Shown: positions 1 to 10,902, counted from the first letter of the stretch. The stretch: DNA of 55,100 bases from a virus (IMGVR_UViG_3300030328_000649:1-55100), one strand, 5' to 3'. Translations and numbers: made by a program. The notes: a model not told the origin generated them from the letters alone.

Positions 1-215
1 TAGCTGAAAGAGCATTGTGTCCAATAGCTGTATTTCCATCAGCAGTTGTTGTTGCATCTCCTGCAAGCGCACCTAAAAATACATTCCTATTACCTGTAGT
101 AATAGCTAATCCAGCATCAGTACCTATAGCTATATTATAGGTATTTGCAGTATCTCCATTTTGTGCAGTTAAAGCACGATAACCTATTGCAATAGAGTCG
201 CTTCTAGTATCTTCT
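1..215. repeat. Near-identical copy of ~54449..54663
   Basis: Alignment by eye shows 7 substitutions over ~215 bp, then abrupt divergence. Confidence 0.9.
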
Positions 216-346
216 GCAGTTAAAGCGTTAGTACCAATAGCTATATTTTTTGTACCGTCAGTAAGACTGTCACCTGCAGTACTTCCTATTTTTATATTGT
301 TATTACTAGATTCTAGTAGCTCTGCAGGTACTGTTGTATTCGCCAT
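1..346 (-). CDS. Tail fibre/spike repeat protein, N-terminal part (runs off the left edge)
   Basis: ATG at 346 just after the stop of 350..1867. My translation MANTTVPAELLESSNNNIKIGSTAGDSLTDGTKNIAIGTNALTAEDTRSDSIAIGYRAL... has the same N-x-A-I/V-G-x-x-A-L repeats as the neighbouring fibres. Not in the ORF track. Confidence 0.8.
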   Translation of the reverse strand, partial: MANTTVPAELLESSNNNIKIGSTAGDSLTDGTKNIAIGTNALTAEDTRSDSIAIGYRALTAQNGDTANTYNIAIGTDAGLAITTGNRNVFLGALAGDATTTADGNTAIGHNALSA

Positions 347-349
347 TCT

Positions 350-1867
350 TTATTCCCCTTTCTTTAGTTTTTCTATTTCTGCTGAGAGTTCTTGTACTGC
401 TTTTACTAACATTGGAATAAACGCTGATTCACCTACTGCTTGAACACCTGATGGGTTTTCTTCCCAACCATCAAAGCCTTCATAGATGTCAGAATGTTTA
501 TCTATTGCTTCTTTAACTTCTTGAGCTATAAATCCGTGTTGTAGTCCGCTTCTTCCTTTTACTCTTTCTTCTGAGCCTTCTTCGTAATCTTCTGTTAAAC
601 TTGGATCAACATCTTTTTTCTTTTTAAATTCAAATATTTTAGGTTGTAAGTCATTTATAAATGAAAGACCAGCAGTAGCATCTTGTATATTTTCTTTTAT
701 TCGTCTATCAGAACTTGCTGCTACTGTAGTTGATCCAGCAGTTAAAGTTGTCCAAGCACCTGACTTACCATATGTAAGTTTTCCATCACCTTGTCCTACT
801 TGGTTATAACCAATAGCAGTTTCATATTCAACACCTGTAGCACTTGCTCTAACATCTCTTCCTAGATAAATATTATAATTACCTGTTGTAACAGTTGCTC
901 CCGCACCTTTTCCTAAAGCACTATTATCTGCTCCTGTGGTAATAGCATCTAAAGCTGCGTGTCCCATTGCTGTATTAGCAGAGCCTGTGGTGTTTGCTGC
1001 TAAAGAGTTTTTACCGAATGCTGAATTTGAAGCACCTGTGGTGTTAGCTTCTAATGCGCTGTGTCCAAATCCTGAGTTAAACGAAGCTGTGGTGTTTGCT
1101 TGTAAGGCATTTTGTCCAACTGCGGTATTAGTACCACCTGTTGTGTTTGCATCTAAAGCATTTTGACCAACTGCGGTGTTGTTTGCACCTGTGGTATTGG
1201 CTCGTAATGCGTCATATCCAACTGCAGTATTATAAGAAGCTGTAGTGTTTCCGTATAAGGCTTGTTCTCCAACCGCAACATTTTGAGTACCTGTGGTATT
1301 AGTAGCTAGTGCATTTACACCTGTCGCTGTATTATTTGCTCCAGTAGTATTTGCTCCTAAAGCAGCATATCCTAAACCTGTGTTACTACCTGCTGTAGTA
1401 TTAGCATCTCCTGCTAACCCACCGATAAAAGTATTAAATTGACCTGTGGTAACTGCTGCACCAGCTTCGTGTCCTATAGCAGTATTATATCCATCTGTGG
1501 CACTTCCAAAAGTTTGTGCGCTTAAAGCATTATGACCAACCGCTACTGATCTACTGCCGTTTACATTAGCTAATAATGCTTGATGTCCAACTGCAACATT
1601 TCTCGCACCGACTGTATTAGCACTTAAAGAATTAGCACCAATAGATATATTTCTATCTGCAGTAGTATTTGCTGCTAAAGCTTCATTACCTATAGCTACA
1701 TTATCACTACCTGAAGTTGTTGCTGTACCTGCGTTATCACCTATAAAGGTGTTATCAACACCTGAAGTAATGGCATCACCAGCTCCATCACCTACAACTA
1801 CTGTATCGTCTGCAGAGCCTCCTGTGTAGTTACCAAGTAATGCTCCTGTTACTTTTGTTATTGCCAT
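350..1867 (-). CDS. Tail fibre/spike with ~14-aa G/N/T/A repeats and a C-terminal intramolecular chaperone (peptidase S74-like)
   Basis: NTAVGxxALxANTTG repeats, an SSDRRIKENI cleavage motif, GFIAQEV, and a terminal coiled coil (LVKAVQELSAEIEKL). Confidence 0.85.
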   Translation of the reverse strand: MAITKVTGALLGNYTGGSADDTVVVGDGAGDAITSGVDNTFIGDNAGTATTSGSDNVAIGNEALAANTTADRNISIGANSLSANTVGARNVAVGHQALLANVNGSRSVAVGHNALSAQTFGSATDGYNTAIGHEAGAAVTTGQFNTFIGGLAGDANTTAGSNTGLGYAALGANTTGANNTATGVNALATNTTGTQNVAVGEQALYGNTTASYNTAVGYDALRANTTGANNTAVGQNALDANTTGGTNTAVGQNALQANTTASFNSGFGHSALEANTTGASNSAFGKNSLAANTTGSANTAMGHAALDAITTGADNSALGKGAGATVTTGNYNIYLGRDVRASATGVEYETAIGYNQVGQGDGKLTYGKSGAWTTLTAGSTTVAASSDRRIKENIQDATAGLSFINDLQPKIFEFKKKKDVDPSLTEDYEEGSEERVKGRSGLQHGFIAQEVKEAIDKHSDIYEGFDGWEENPSGVQAVGESAFIPMLVKAVQELSAEIEKLKKGE

Positions 1868-1885
1868 TCTCTATGTCTCCCTAGT

Positions 1886-2164
1886 TTAAGGTGTACCAGA
1901 AGCAGCATCACGTTCTGTTCTGGTTTTATAATCTGATCTAGCTGTTACAAGCGTTACAAAGTCTGCTTTGTTACTTGGTATAGCATCTGTAAATGATGAG
2001 TCTTCCATAAGTTTAACTGTCCACTCTTGTTGCATACGTTTCCAACACCCATTAATTTTTCCAGACATAGCAGCTTGCGCCCACTCATTAATGTTTGTTA
2101 TATCGTTTAAAAGACACTTTTGATCTGTATCATCTACTTCTATTGTTATTGTTAATTTTGCCAT
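1886..2164 (-). CDS. Hypothetical protein, possibly fibre-associated
   Basis: 92-aa ORF with a strong RBS (AAGGAGG) between two fibre genes. Confidence 0.7.
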   Translation of the reverse strand: MAKLTITIEVDDTDQKCLLNDITNINEWAQAAMSGKINGCWKRMQQEWTVKLMEDSSFTDAIPSNKADFVTLVTARSDYKTRTERDAASGTP

Positions 2165-2204
2165 TTTATTAAACCTCCTTTAAGGTTAATTATTTCGTTA
2201 TTGT

Positions 2205-5200
2205 TTAACAGGCTAAAAAGCCACTAAAATGAGAATCTACATCCCACGAAATATCAGTTTGTGCAGTTCCACCTGATATATAGATAACCACATAAGCAGT
2301 ATCACTTGCGTCCATATCTATAAGATGCGATGCCGCGCAAGTCATATAATTTAAATCACCATTAAATTCAGTAGGGTCAAGTAAAAGACATTCATAGTTT
2401 CTATTGGTCGTTTTTAAATAAATGTGAACATAAGCGTGTGCTGAATCAACACCAGTTATGCGGAGTTGGACATTCATTTGATATTTACCATCAACAGGTG
2501 CAGTAAAAGTATTTGATGCGAAGTCTGAGTTTTGGTCAAATACTTCAGTTTCCCAAGTAACTGTAACAGCAGAATCTAATGCTATATTATATTGAAAAGC
2601 ATTTTTTTGTACTAAGAAAGCTGGTTGTAATGGTTTAGTAACTGCGCCTGTAGAGTCAATTTTTTGATGCACAACATTATTTGTGCGAAACTCCATATAG
2701 CCATTTGCTCTATTAATTACTTGAGTATTAGCACCATTTTGTGCAAATACACTTTCGCTACTTCCTGATACAGCACTAAAAGCACCTTCTGTGCCTTTAA
2801 CTTGAATAACTTTATTATACCCACCGCCATTTGTTATGCTTGTTGCACCTACTGATAAATGCCCTGCCGAAGTAAGACGCATCTTTTCGGCTGCAGCTTC
2901 AGAAGCTCCTGTCATAAACGAAAGACTTGTAGCGTTACTAGAAGAACTAAAGTCTCCTTCTGATATTGCTTGTATAGCTGCTGCAGTTAGTAGAGCATCT
3001 GTGCCTGTTCCTTCGTTAGGAGAAGAAAAACTAATCTTAGCTAGTACATCATCTGCTGCTATATCAGCTTCTGCAGTTTGTAAGTTTAAGTTAAACGTAC
3101 TATTATCTGCAGTTGCAGGGTTTTTAAGGGTAAGTGATGTAGAGTTTAAAACAGCTACTTCACTACCTTCTATATCCATTCTTATGACATCTTCGTCAGA
3201 ACTCTCCTCAACTTGAATCTTTGTATCTAGGTCAGCGTCAAGTAATTGATTAGCTGTAGTACTAGAAGTATTCGTATTTGTAATAGCTTCTACTAAGACA
3301 TCATCAGGAGGCGCAGTACTAAATGTAAGTGTAGTACCACTAATTGCGTAGTTAGACTTTGATTGGTAAACTCCATCGAAGAAAACCTGAACATTATTTT
3401 CGTGTACAGGTGCTACACTAAGAGTCAAAGTAGTATCAGAACCATCTCCTGTCATAGTGTTAATAGTATTATTAGATCCACCTACAGTTGTTGTGCTATG
3501 ATACGCTGTAATAACTCTACCGTTTGCAGGAGCTGTAGCAAACGTAAGTGTAGTTCCTGAAACTGAGTAAGTATTGTGTGCTTGGAATACACCGTCTATA
3601 AAGACCATTAAGTTATTTTCATCATCAGGAGCATTTGACAACGTGAAAGTTGTGTCTGAACCATCACCTGCGTAGATGTTAGTGTCCATATTAGTACCAG
3701 AGCCACCTCCAATACTTCCCCACGAATCCGTATACCCTTCAAATTTTCCAGTTGTACTGTTGTATCTAAAGTATCCTGCAGCACCTGTTGGTCTTTGTGC
3801 TGTTGTACCTACTGGTAAGTGCATAGCGTCTGTAAAGCTTCCAATATCCAAACTTACATCTGGTGAAGCGTTACCAATACCTACACGATTTGTCGAAGAG
3901 TCAACAACTAAAGTATTTGAATCCCAGTTAAAGTCTCCTGTACCACCAGTTAATGCTGTAAGTGTTCCAAGACTTGTCACGTTTGTCTGAGCTGCAGTAC
4001 TTAGAGTACCTGCTAATTCACCACTAGATCCATACACAACAGCTTTTGAGTTGACTACAGTATTTGCTGTTGAACCATCTAATAGATTTATTTCTGTTGC
4101 AGTTGACGTTACACCATCTAATATGTTTAATTCTGCTGCCGTGCTTGTTACACCATCAAGAATATTTAATTCGGCTGCTGTTGAAGTTACTGTTGTGCCG
4201 TTAATAGACAACGCATCTGTTTCTAATGTACCGTCTATGTCAGCATCGCCTGATATGTCAAGTGTAGCTGCATCTAACTCACCAGTTACTGTAAAGTTTC
4301 TAAGACCTGTGTAATCTTTGTTAGAGTCTAGTATAACTGCTTTAGAAGCGATTGCTGTTCCAACTGCTGTAGAACCTAAGTCTAATGCGTTAATCTCTCC
4401 AACAACTACAGTAGCTCCATCAAGTATATTAAGTTCTTCTGGTGTAGAACTAATCTGAGTAGTTGATGCAGCCGCTAATACTGGAAGAGTACCTGATACA
4501 TTCGGTAAATTAATTGTTCTATCACCTGTAGCATCTATGCTTGAAAGCGTAGTTTCGTGTGCATCTGCTGTAGCTCCTTCAAAAACTACTGCGTTACTAG
4601 CGTTCATTGTAACAGAGTTTACTGTAGTAAACGTACCCGATACAGAAACATTAGGAACAGTTAGTGTACTTGTTGATGGGTTATAGTAAAGATCTCCGTC
4701 TGATTCTAAACCTAAATTACCACCATCTAAATCTCCACCTGCTGTAAAGATAATAGCGTTGTTTTCGTTTGTGCTTTCGTTATCTGTAATTGTAACAGTT
4801 GTAGCTACTGTAGCAGTATTTACTGTAGTTCCTGCAATAACACTTGCTAAAGCTGTACCATTAACTGTAATTGCATCAGCTTCTAAAGTACCATCTATAT
4901 CTACGTCACCACTAATATCTAATGTAGCAGCATCAAGTTCTCCAGAGATTGTGATGTTTCTACCACCAGTTATGTCTTTGTTAGAATCTGTAACGATTGC
5001 TTTACTTGCAATAACTGTACCATTTGTAATACCATCTATAAGGTTAATGTCTGTAGCACTTGCAGTAACTCCGTCAAGGATATTCAATTCTGCTGCAGTA
5101 CTTGTAACTGCTGTACCATTTATAGATAATGCGTCTGTCTCAAGAGTACCATCAATATCTGCATCGCCTGAAACATCTAACGAACCTGCATCAAGTTCTC

Positions 5201-6656
5201 CTGTAAGAGTAATGTTACGGAAACTTGCAACGTCTTTGTTAGCGTCTACAGTAACTACTTTACTTGCTACTACAGTACCTACTGCAGATCCTGTGTCGCT
5301 GTAGTTTAGTTCTGCTGCTGTAGCTGTAACACCATCCATAATGTTTAGCTCTGCTGCTGTGGCAGAAATTGCAGTACCGTTAAAGTTTATAGCATCTGCA
5401 TAGACTGTACCATCAAAGTAACCATCTTTAAATTCGTATGAGCTTGAACCTAGATCAACATCGTTATCTGTTGTAGGTAGTATAGATCCATTGTTAAATG
5501 TAACTTGACTTTCACCGCCTGTAGTTACTGTAATAACATCCGATCCACTAAATGTAATTGAAGTGTTAGTATCTGTATCACCTGAGATACTATCAAGCTG
5601 AATATCACCTACGTTAGCTAATGCAGCATCTCCAAAGTCTAATGCGCCAGCTACTGTTAACGTACCTGATATGTCTACATTAGCGTTTATATCCACTAAA
5701 GTAGCATTAAGTTCTATTTCATCTGTAGCATTAATATCTAATACTGTAGCACTTGGAGCGTTAATGTACTGTGAAGCATCATTAAACTGTAGAGCCATTG
5801 TGCTATTAAGAAGTAATCCTGTATCAGCAACGTGAGTAAGTGTTACATCTTGATCATCTCCAAAGTATGCAACTGCTCCATCTGCTAAATAAAGATCACT
5901 AAACTCTAAAGAAGATGTTCCTAAAGCAGCTCCGTCAGAAGCATCGGGTACAAAAGCTGTATTAGCTGTAATGGTTGTACCTACAATAGTAGTAGCAGAA
6001 CTTGCACCTATTGTAGCTCCATCAACAGTACCTCCGTTAATATCTGCTGTATCAGCTACAAGACTATCTATATTAGCTGTTCCATCTATGTAAAGATCTT
6101 TCCACTCTGAACCTGATGCACCAATGTCATAAGTATTGTCTGCGCTTGGTAAAAGATTTGAAGCTACATCAGCACTAAAAGCTACTGTATCAGAAGCTGC
6201 ATCACCAAATGTTAAGTTACCTGCGATTGTAGCAGCACCTGTAACAGTTAAATTACCACCTACAGCTACGTTACCTGTAGTAGTTATTGCATCTATGTAA
6301 GCATTTTTAAAGTATAGTGAGCTAGTACCAAGATCAACATCGCTGTCTGTAACAGGAGAAAGAACACCATCAGATATTCTTATTTGTTCTACTGCAGCAC
6401 TAGATACTTCTACAAAGACTCCCCATCTATTATTAGTACTATCTACAACAATCTTATTAAGAAAGTCTAAATCACCAATAGTATGTATGTTACCGCCTTG
6501 TCCAGCAGTACCATCGTGTCTGTGTCCTGTAGATGATGCACTACTTGAAGAGTAACTAAAAGAGTTTAAAAGTTGATTGTATTCGTTGTTAAAAAGCGCA
6601 GCAGTTATTGTATCCCCATCTGCTATCGAACTTTGTCTGGTATATGCTTGAGCCAT
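2205..6656 (-). CDS. Large tail fibre protein with a C-terminal C1q-like domain
   Basis: N-terminal YTRQ...GHRHDG anchor, TSTAAELNILDG repeats, two GDGSDTTFTLS...VFxDGVxQ repeats, and a C1q-like end (PAF...FTAPVDGKYQMNV...FSGFL). Confidence 0.8.
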   Translation of the reverse strand: MAQAYTRQSSIADGDTITAALFNNEYNQLLNSFSYSSSSASSTGHRHDGTAGQGGNIHTIGDLDFLNKIVVDSTNNRWGVFVEVSSAAVEQIRISDGVLSPVTDSDVDLGTSSLYFKNAYIDAITTTGNVAVGGNLTVTGAATIAGNLTFGDAASDTVAFSADVASNLLPSADNTYDIGASGSEWKDLYIDGTANIDSLVADTADINGGTVDGATIGASSATTIVGTTITANTAFVPDASDGAALGTSSLEFSDLYLADGAVAYFGDDQDVTLTHVADTGLLLNSTMALQFNDASQYINAPSATVLDINATDEIELNATLVDINANVDISGTLTVAGALDFGDAALANVGDIQLDSISGDTDTNTSITFSGSDVITVTTGGESQVTFNNGSILPTTDNDVDLGSSSYEFKDGYFDGTVYADAINFNGTAISATAAELNIMDGVTATAAELNYSDTGSAVGTVVASKVVTVDANKDVASFRNITLTGELDAGSLDVSGDADIDGTLETDALSINGTAVTSTAAELNILDGVTASATDINLIDGITNGTVIASKAIVTDSNKDITGGRNITISGELDAATLDISGDVDIDGTLEADAITVNGTALASVIAGTTVNTATVATTVTITDNESTNENNAIIFTAGGDLDGGNLGLESDGDLYYNPSTSTLTVPNVSVSGTFTTVNSVTMNASNAVVFEGATADAHETTLSSIDATGDRTINLPNVSGTLPVLAAASTTQISSTPEELNILDGATVVVGEINALDLGSTAVGTAIASKAVILDSNKDYTGLRNFTVTGELDAATLDISGDADIDGTLETDALSINGTTVTSTAAELNILDGVTSTAAELNILDGVTSTATEINLLDGSTANTVVNSKAVVYGSSGELAGTLSTAAQTNVTSLGTLTALTGGTGDFNWDSNTLVVDSSTNRVGIGNASPDVSLDIGSFTDAMHLPVGTTAQRPTGAAGYFRYNSTTGKFEGYTDSWGSIGGGSGTNMDTNIYAGDGSDTTFTLSNAPDDENNLMVFIDGVFQAHNTYSVSGTTLTFATAPANGRVITAYHSTTTVGGSNNTINTMTGDGSDTTLTLSVAPVHENNVQVFFDGVYQSKSNYAISGTTLTFSTAPPDDVLVEAITNTNTSSTTANQLLDADLDTKIQVEESSDEDVIRMDIEGSEVAVLNSTSLTLKNPATADNSTFNLNLQTAEADIAADDVLAKISFSSPNEGTGTDALLTAAAIQAISEGDFSSSSNATSLSFMTGASEAAAEKMRLTSAGHLSVGATSITNGGGYNKVIQVKGTEGAFSAVSGSSESVFAQNGANTQVINRANGYMEFRTNNVVHQKIDSTGAVTKPLQPAFLVQKNAFQYNIALDSAVTVTWETEVFDQNSDFASNTFTAPVDGKYQMNVQLRITGVDSAHAYVHIYLKTTNRNYECLLLDPTEFNGDLNYMTCAASHLIDMDASDTAYVVIYISGGTAQTDISWDVDSHFSGFLAC

Positions 6657-6676
6657 AGTTAAATTCTACCTTATTG

Positions 6677-8293
6677 TTATTGTCTTCCCGATGGTCTGTA
6701 GTTTATATATAATCCGTGTATTGTGTACGGAGCTTTGGTATCGTTACTAAATATTTTAAAGAAGTTACTGTGTCCACTTCCTGTTAGTGTAGCTCTTACT
6801 AATGGATTCTCTGGCGCACCAAAAGTACTTGTTCCAAAAACTGCACCTGTGTCTCCAAATATAGAAGGTGTTGCTGCAATAATACCTACGTCTGTTGGTT
6901 GTAGTCTATCTGTACTATCGTAATCAAATCTTACTCTAAGAGTAGGCTCTACTTCTCCTTCTGGATTTATAGATACTTTAATGTGATCTAAAGTTTTTAA
7001 AGTTCCAAAGTCTCCATAATCAAAATCAGGCGATTGGAACTCTGCATTTATATTTGTTTCAGTTCCTACAGGATTAAAACTACTTCCTGTGTCGTGATTA
7101 TAAATATATCCCCCTCTATCTCCGTGATACATCTTTTCTCTACCTGCAGCATTAAATCCAGAAGCTACTGCAGGAGCTTGTATTCCTAAAGTTTCAGACC
7201 ATTCAAAACCTCTAGCTGTAAGTGTACCTATAATTCCTTTAGAGTTAGCTGTCGATTGTGTTGACGAACTATAATACATTCTGTATTGAGACTTATCTCT
7301 AAGTACTACACTACTAAATTCGTATGTAAAAGCACTATCAAGTATTTTATTTACAATAGGTTGTATCGGTTTACTGATAGTTCCTAACTCGACATCACCA
7401 ATTCTTGCTGTACCTGCAATGGTTCTAAAGCCATCAGGAGCTAGGAAGATCAAGTCACCTGCAAATTCCTGTATAGTTTTACCATCTACACAACCTACGT
7501 TCTTAGTAACTGGTACAATAGCTATCGTACTTGAGTTATTTATGTTCTGTAACTTATATATAGAGTTTTTACAAAATATAAATAGTTCATCACGGAAAGA
7601 TTTAAGTCCTACTACTTGATCATCTAATACAATACTACCTGATCCTGAACTTGTAAAATCATCTATGTCACTTGTACCGCTATAAAAGATTGTGTTCTTT
7701 GCTGTAGCTGCACCTGCAACTACTAAATGTTTATCGTGGATTACACAAAACTTAGGATAATGTGTACCACTTACTGTAATCTCTTTTGCAAAGTAAGTCC
7801 TACTACTTAGTGCATCTCCAGTACCTGTCATTTTAAAATAGAAAGGTTTTACTCCAGAGCCTTCATCAGTAATAACTACTTCACCATAATCTGTATTACC
7901 TTCAAAAGTTGTAAAGTGTGTCTTACTTTGTGAAGTTCTAGTTAACGCACTACGACCTGTAAAGGTACTGTAGTTATCTCCACCACCTGCTACACTATCT
8001 TTATTTATCTGTAGCCAACTATCTCCGTCTTGACTAAAGTAAATATTTGTACCTGATGTTGCAATAACTCCATCAGCGTAAACGTGCATACCTAATATTT
8101 CATTAGAGCTATTAGGTCTTGTTCCATCTCCTAATTGCGTATAACCATTTATACGTCTGTATCCACCTTTAGCAGATACTTCAAAATTTACTAGCCTTGT
8201 TGCATTTCCCGGTTTTTGTAAAAGCTCTAATGAATTACTAGACTTATCTAAACCCCCTTGCAACGCAACTGAAAATGGTTGCGAAGCTGCCAT
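6677..8293 (-). CDS. Tail nozzle / tail tubular protein B-like (predicted beta-propeller)
   Basis: 538 aa, beta-rich, lies between the adaptor and fibre genes; GC...TIQEFAGDLIFLAPDGFR motif. Confidence 0.7.
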   Translation of the reverse strand: MAASQPFSVALQGGLDKSSNSLELLQKPGNATRLVNFEVSAKGGYRRINGYTQLGDGTRPNSSNEILGMHVYADGVIATSGTNIYFSQDGDSWLQINKDSVAGGGDNYSTFTGRSALTRTSQSKTHFTTFEGNTDYGEVVITDEGSGVKPFYFKMTGTGDALSSRTYFAKEITVSGTHYPKFCVIHDKHLVVAGAATAKNTIFYSGTSDIDDFTSSGSGSIVLDDQVVGLKSFRDELFIFCKNSIYKLQNINNSSTIAIVPVTKNVGCVDGKTIQEFAGDLIFLAPDGFRTIAGTARIGDVELGTISKPIQPIVNKILDSAFTYEFSSVVLRDKSQYRMYYSSSTQSTANSKGIIGTLTARGFEWSETLGIQAPAVASGFNAAGREKMYHGDRGGYIYNHDTGSSFNPVGTETNINAEFQSPDFDYGDFGTLKTLDHIKVSINPEGEVEPTLRVRFDYDSTDRLQPTDVGIIAATPSIFGDTGAVFGTSTFGAPENPLVRATLTGSGHSNFFKIFSNDTKAPYTIHGLYINYRPSGRQ

Positions 8294-9060
8294 CAGAAAT
8301 AAATCCTATCGTCTGTCATGCTTTTTGGTTGAGGATTAATAAGATTAGATTTCATGTACTTCATACCTTTCTTATAATCATCTAATGCAAAAGCTGCTTG
8401 TTGTAAGTTTTCTTTAAACTGATGAACATAATAACGTGTTCTAGCTAATATAACAGGAGCATATTGGTCAGGAAGAATGATAGCATCACCGTGTGCTGAT
8501 AAAGCAGTTGGTTTAGCATAAGCATAAAAATGCACGTTATATACTTTATCTGGTATAGGGCTAAGTCCAAACTTACGATGATCTGGACTGCGTATAACAT
8601 AACGAGGTTCTCCATAGACTTGACCATCTGCATCATCTGAATTTTCTGCATCTCTTAAATATCTTTTCCAATCTGTTAAAGATATAAACTTTAAACCTTT
8701 AGAAACATAAGGAGCAGATTCTCCTGATACACTTATTGTTGTAATATAAAAATCATCCCAATCTATAGAAGCATAGTCTGTAGTTATACTAGAGCTTCCT
8801 GCTTTAAGCGTATACCATCTAGTTCCTGCTACACTTGCTACAGTTACGTTACCGTAAAAAGGATCTGTTTCTCCACTAGCTGCTGCTGCAAAAAAAGGTA
8901 GTTGAGGTTCTTCGTTAGCTATATCATTTAACGATCTATTAATTGATTCTTTAACAAAAGCTTGAATACCTACAGCACTTGAAAAGTTTGATGATGTAAG
9001 TTGAACTTCGTTAAGCTCTCTTAAAGTCTCATTAGCGAGTGTTAAATATGTTGTAGCCAT
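8293..9060 (-). CDS. Head-tail adaptor / tail tubular protein A-like
   Basis: Starts TYLTLANETLRELNE; contains GEPRY...LSPIPDKVY; lies downstream of the capsid gene. Confidence 0.7.
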   Translation of the reverse strand: MATTYLTLANETLRELNEVQLTSSNFSSAVGIQAFVKESINRSLNDIANEEPQLPFFAAAASGETDPFYGNVTVASVAGTRWYTLKAGSSSITTDYASIDWDDFYITTISVSGESAPYVSKGLKFISLTDWKRYLRDAENSDDADGQVYGEPRYVIRSPDHRKFGLSPIPDKVYNVHFYAYAKPTALSAHGDAIILPDQYAPVILARTRYYVHQFKENLQQAAFALDDYKKGMKYMKSNLINPQPKSMTDDRIYF

Positions 9061-9227
9061 TATTTACCCTTTTTCTTTTTACCAAAAATACGATCATAGT
9101 TATCGTTGTACTTCTGTTTTGCTTCACCAGAATATGCGCTACCTAACAATCCTAAGACTCTAGTGCTTTTAGGCTTACTAGAGCCATTTAGGATCATAGG
9201 ATTTTTATCGTTTCCTATCTGTGGCAT
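9060..9227 (-). CDS. Small hypothetical protein (55 aa)
   Basis: MPQIGNDKNPMILN...NYDRIFGKKKKGK fills the gap, with TAATG coupling to the next gene. Confidence 0.6.
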   Translation of the reverse strand: MPQIGNDKNPMILNGSSKPKSTRVLGLLGSAYSGEAKQKYNDNYDRIFGKKKKGK

Positions 9228-9229
9228 GT

Positions 9230-9820
9230 CTACTGATCAGGAGTAGAGCCGAGATGTAGAAACTCAACTAAATAAGTAACAGTTGTAGCTGCCGTAGCAA
9301 GGTCATTTGCTAGCGGCTTAAGACGAGCATATAGTGTACGAGCAGAAGCACTATACAACGTAGATGCTATAACAATAGCTTCTGAAGTTGCTGGTCCTCC
9401 TACAACACCTGCTGTAGTAGCTGTACTTACAAACTGGTTAGCTGCGTGTCCGTGTGAGTTTTGAATAATATACAAAGGCGCGTTTGCTGTCCAAGTTACT
9501 GCTGATCCGCCATCATCAAGAATAGCTTTCTCATCAATAATTTGACCACCACCTGCTGCAGTACCTAAATCAAAATCAACATCATCGCCTGAAGCTCCTG
9601 CTGTAACAATGTTACCTGCTGGAATAGCAATAAGGTTTCTGATAATAGTATCTGCTGGTTGTGTAAATGAAACATCGTAAGTAGCGTCAGCAGTAACTGC
9701 AATAGTTCCTGTTGTAGCTGAAGTCCACGAAGTACATATGTTGTCAGCAATTTCCTGAACATCTCCTGTTCTAGCTGAGTTGCGCCCTGTATCTCTTACT
9801 TTAAATACTGGGTTTGACAT
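9230..9820 (-). CDS. Putative virion protein (possible capsid decoration)
   Basis: 196 aa, A/T/G-rich, directly after the major capsid gene, good RBS. Confidence 0.55.
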   Translation of the reverse strand: MSNPVFKVRDTGRNSARTGDVQEIADNICTSWTSATTGTIAVTADATYDVSFTQPADTIIRNLIAIPAGNIVTAGASGDDVDFDLGTAAGGGQIIDEKAILDDGGSAVTWTANAPLYIIQNSHGHAANQFVSTATTAGVVGGPATSEAIVIASTLYSASARTLYARLKPLANDLATAATTVTYLVEFLHLGSTPDQ

Positions 9821-9874
9821 TTTGTGTCTCCTTTATCTTTAAAAGATAAGTTAGTGTTAATAAAATTTTACTCT

Positions 9875-9905
9875 AAAAAAAGAAAGGGGGGTTTTTACAC
9901 CCCCG
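9875..9905 (-). terminator. Rho-independent terminator after the major capsid gene
   Basis: The minus strand has a GGGGGT...ACCCCC stem-loop followed by a T-rich tract. Confidence 0.75.
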
Positions 9906-9912
9906 AATCTGT

Positions 9913-10902
9913 TTAGTCAATACCGTAGAAAGCAGAAACTAATGCTTCGCCACGAAGTACTTTTCCTCCATAAACATGGAGTCCTCGTACGATGTCGCCA
10001 AAGCTATCAGGATCTCTGATTACTTCAGTACTTGTAATTGTCTGAGCAGTAGCTGTAGATGACATGTGACCAGCAATACATTTGCCAGCAGCATTAGTTG
10101 TGCTTGCAATGTTGTTAGTCTTATACATGCTAAATCCACGCAACTTACCAGAAGTTACTAGACCATTTCTAATAGAACCTTGACCTGCGTTGTAATCAAC
10201 AGACAAAAGTTTTGAAGATGAACTTGCAAGTACTTCGTAGAAGTCAGGTGATGCTAAGAACCATCTTCCTTCTTCTGGTACGTTTTGTTCATCAAGAAGA
10301 CGAGCCATGTGTGACAATACGTCAATAGGATCGTGTTCACTTGCTGCAAAACCGATGTCAAGATTACCAGTTCCATCAAATGTTCCTGCTGCTAAATCAG
10401 TAGCACTATCCGAACCAAGAATGTGGTTAGGACTTGAGGCAGAAACACCTGAGAACATAGTAGCAATTACACCTTCATCATAAGCATCACGAAGAGCGTA
10501 TGCTGCAGATGAACTAGCTACTTCTTTAAAGTTCACATGAGACATTGAAGTTTCAATATCATCAACGATGAATTTAAATGCGTTAGCTGTATCAACTACA
10601 AGAGTCAACTCTTGGTCAGTTAATTTAGTTGCTGTAACGTCTGCACCACGTTCGTACTGGTACACAGTTATTTCAGGTTCTTTAATAATCTTTACGGAAT
10701 CTCCGAAAGCGGCAATTTCACCAGCGTAATCTGTGTTGGTGATCGCTTCTACAACCGAAGCCTTTCTAAAGAAGTTAAGAACCTTTTTAGAGTAGACTGC
10801 AGGAAGAAAAAACGAATTAGTTTGACCACTTACGGAGTTCGCAAAGTTAGCGTTAGTATCGGTACTTGGTTCAAAGTACTGATCTGATTGGTTATAAGCC
10901 AT
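9913..10902 (-). CDS. Major capsid protein (HK97 fold, P22-coat-like)
   Basis: ITNTDYAGEI...GDSVKI, FIVDDIE, and C-terminal RDPDSFGDIVRGLHVYG; follows the scaffold gene. Confidence 0.9.
   Translation of the reverse strand: MAYNQSDQYFEPSTDTNANFANSVSGQTNSFFLPAVYSKKVLNFFRKASVVEAITNTDYAGEIAAFGDSVKIIKEPEITVYQYERGADVTATKLTDQELTLVVDTANAFKFIVDDIETSMSHVNFKEVASSSAAYALRDAYDEGVIATMFSGVSASSPNHILGSDSATDLAAGTFDGTGNLDIGFAASEHDPIDVLSHMARLLDEQNVPEEGRWFLASPDFYEVLASSSSKLLSVDYNAGQGSIRNGLVTSGKLRGFSMYKTNNIASTTNAAGKCIAGHMSSTATAQTITSTEVIRDPDSFGDIVRGLHVYGGKVLRGEALVSAFYGID

Noticed and set aside
1-215. DGR template/variable repeat pair with ~54449-54663
   Set aside because: The mismatches are not adenine-specific on either strand, both copies are in-frame coding, and no reverse transcriptase is present.
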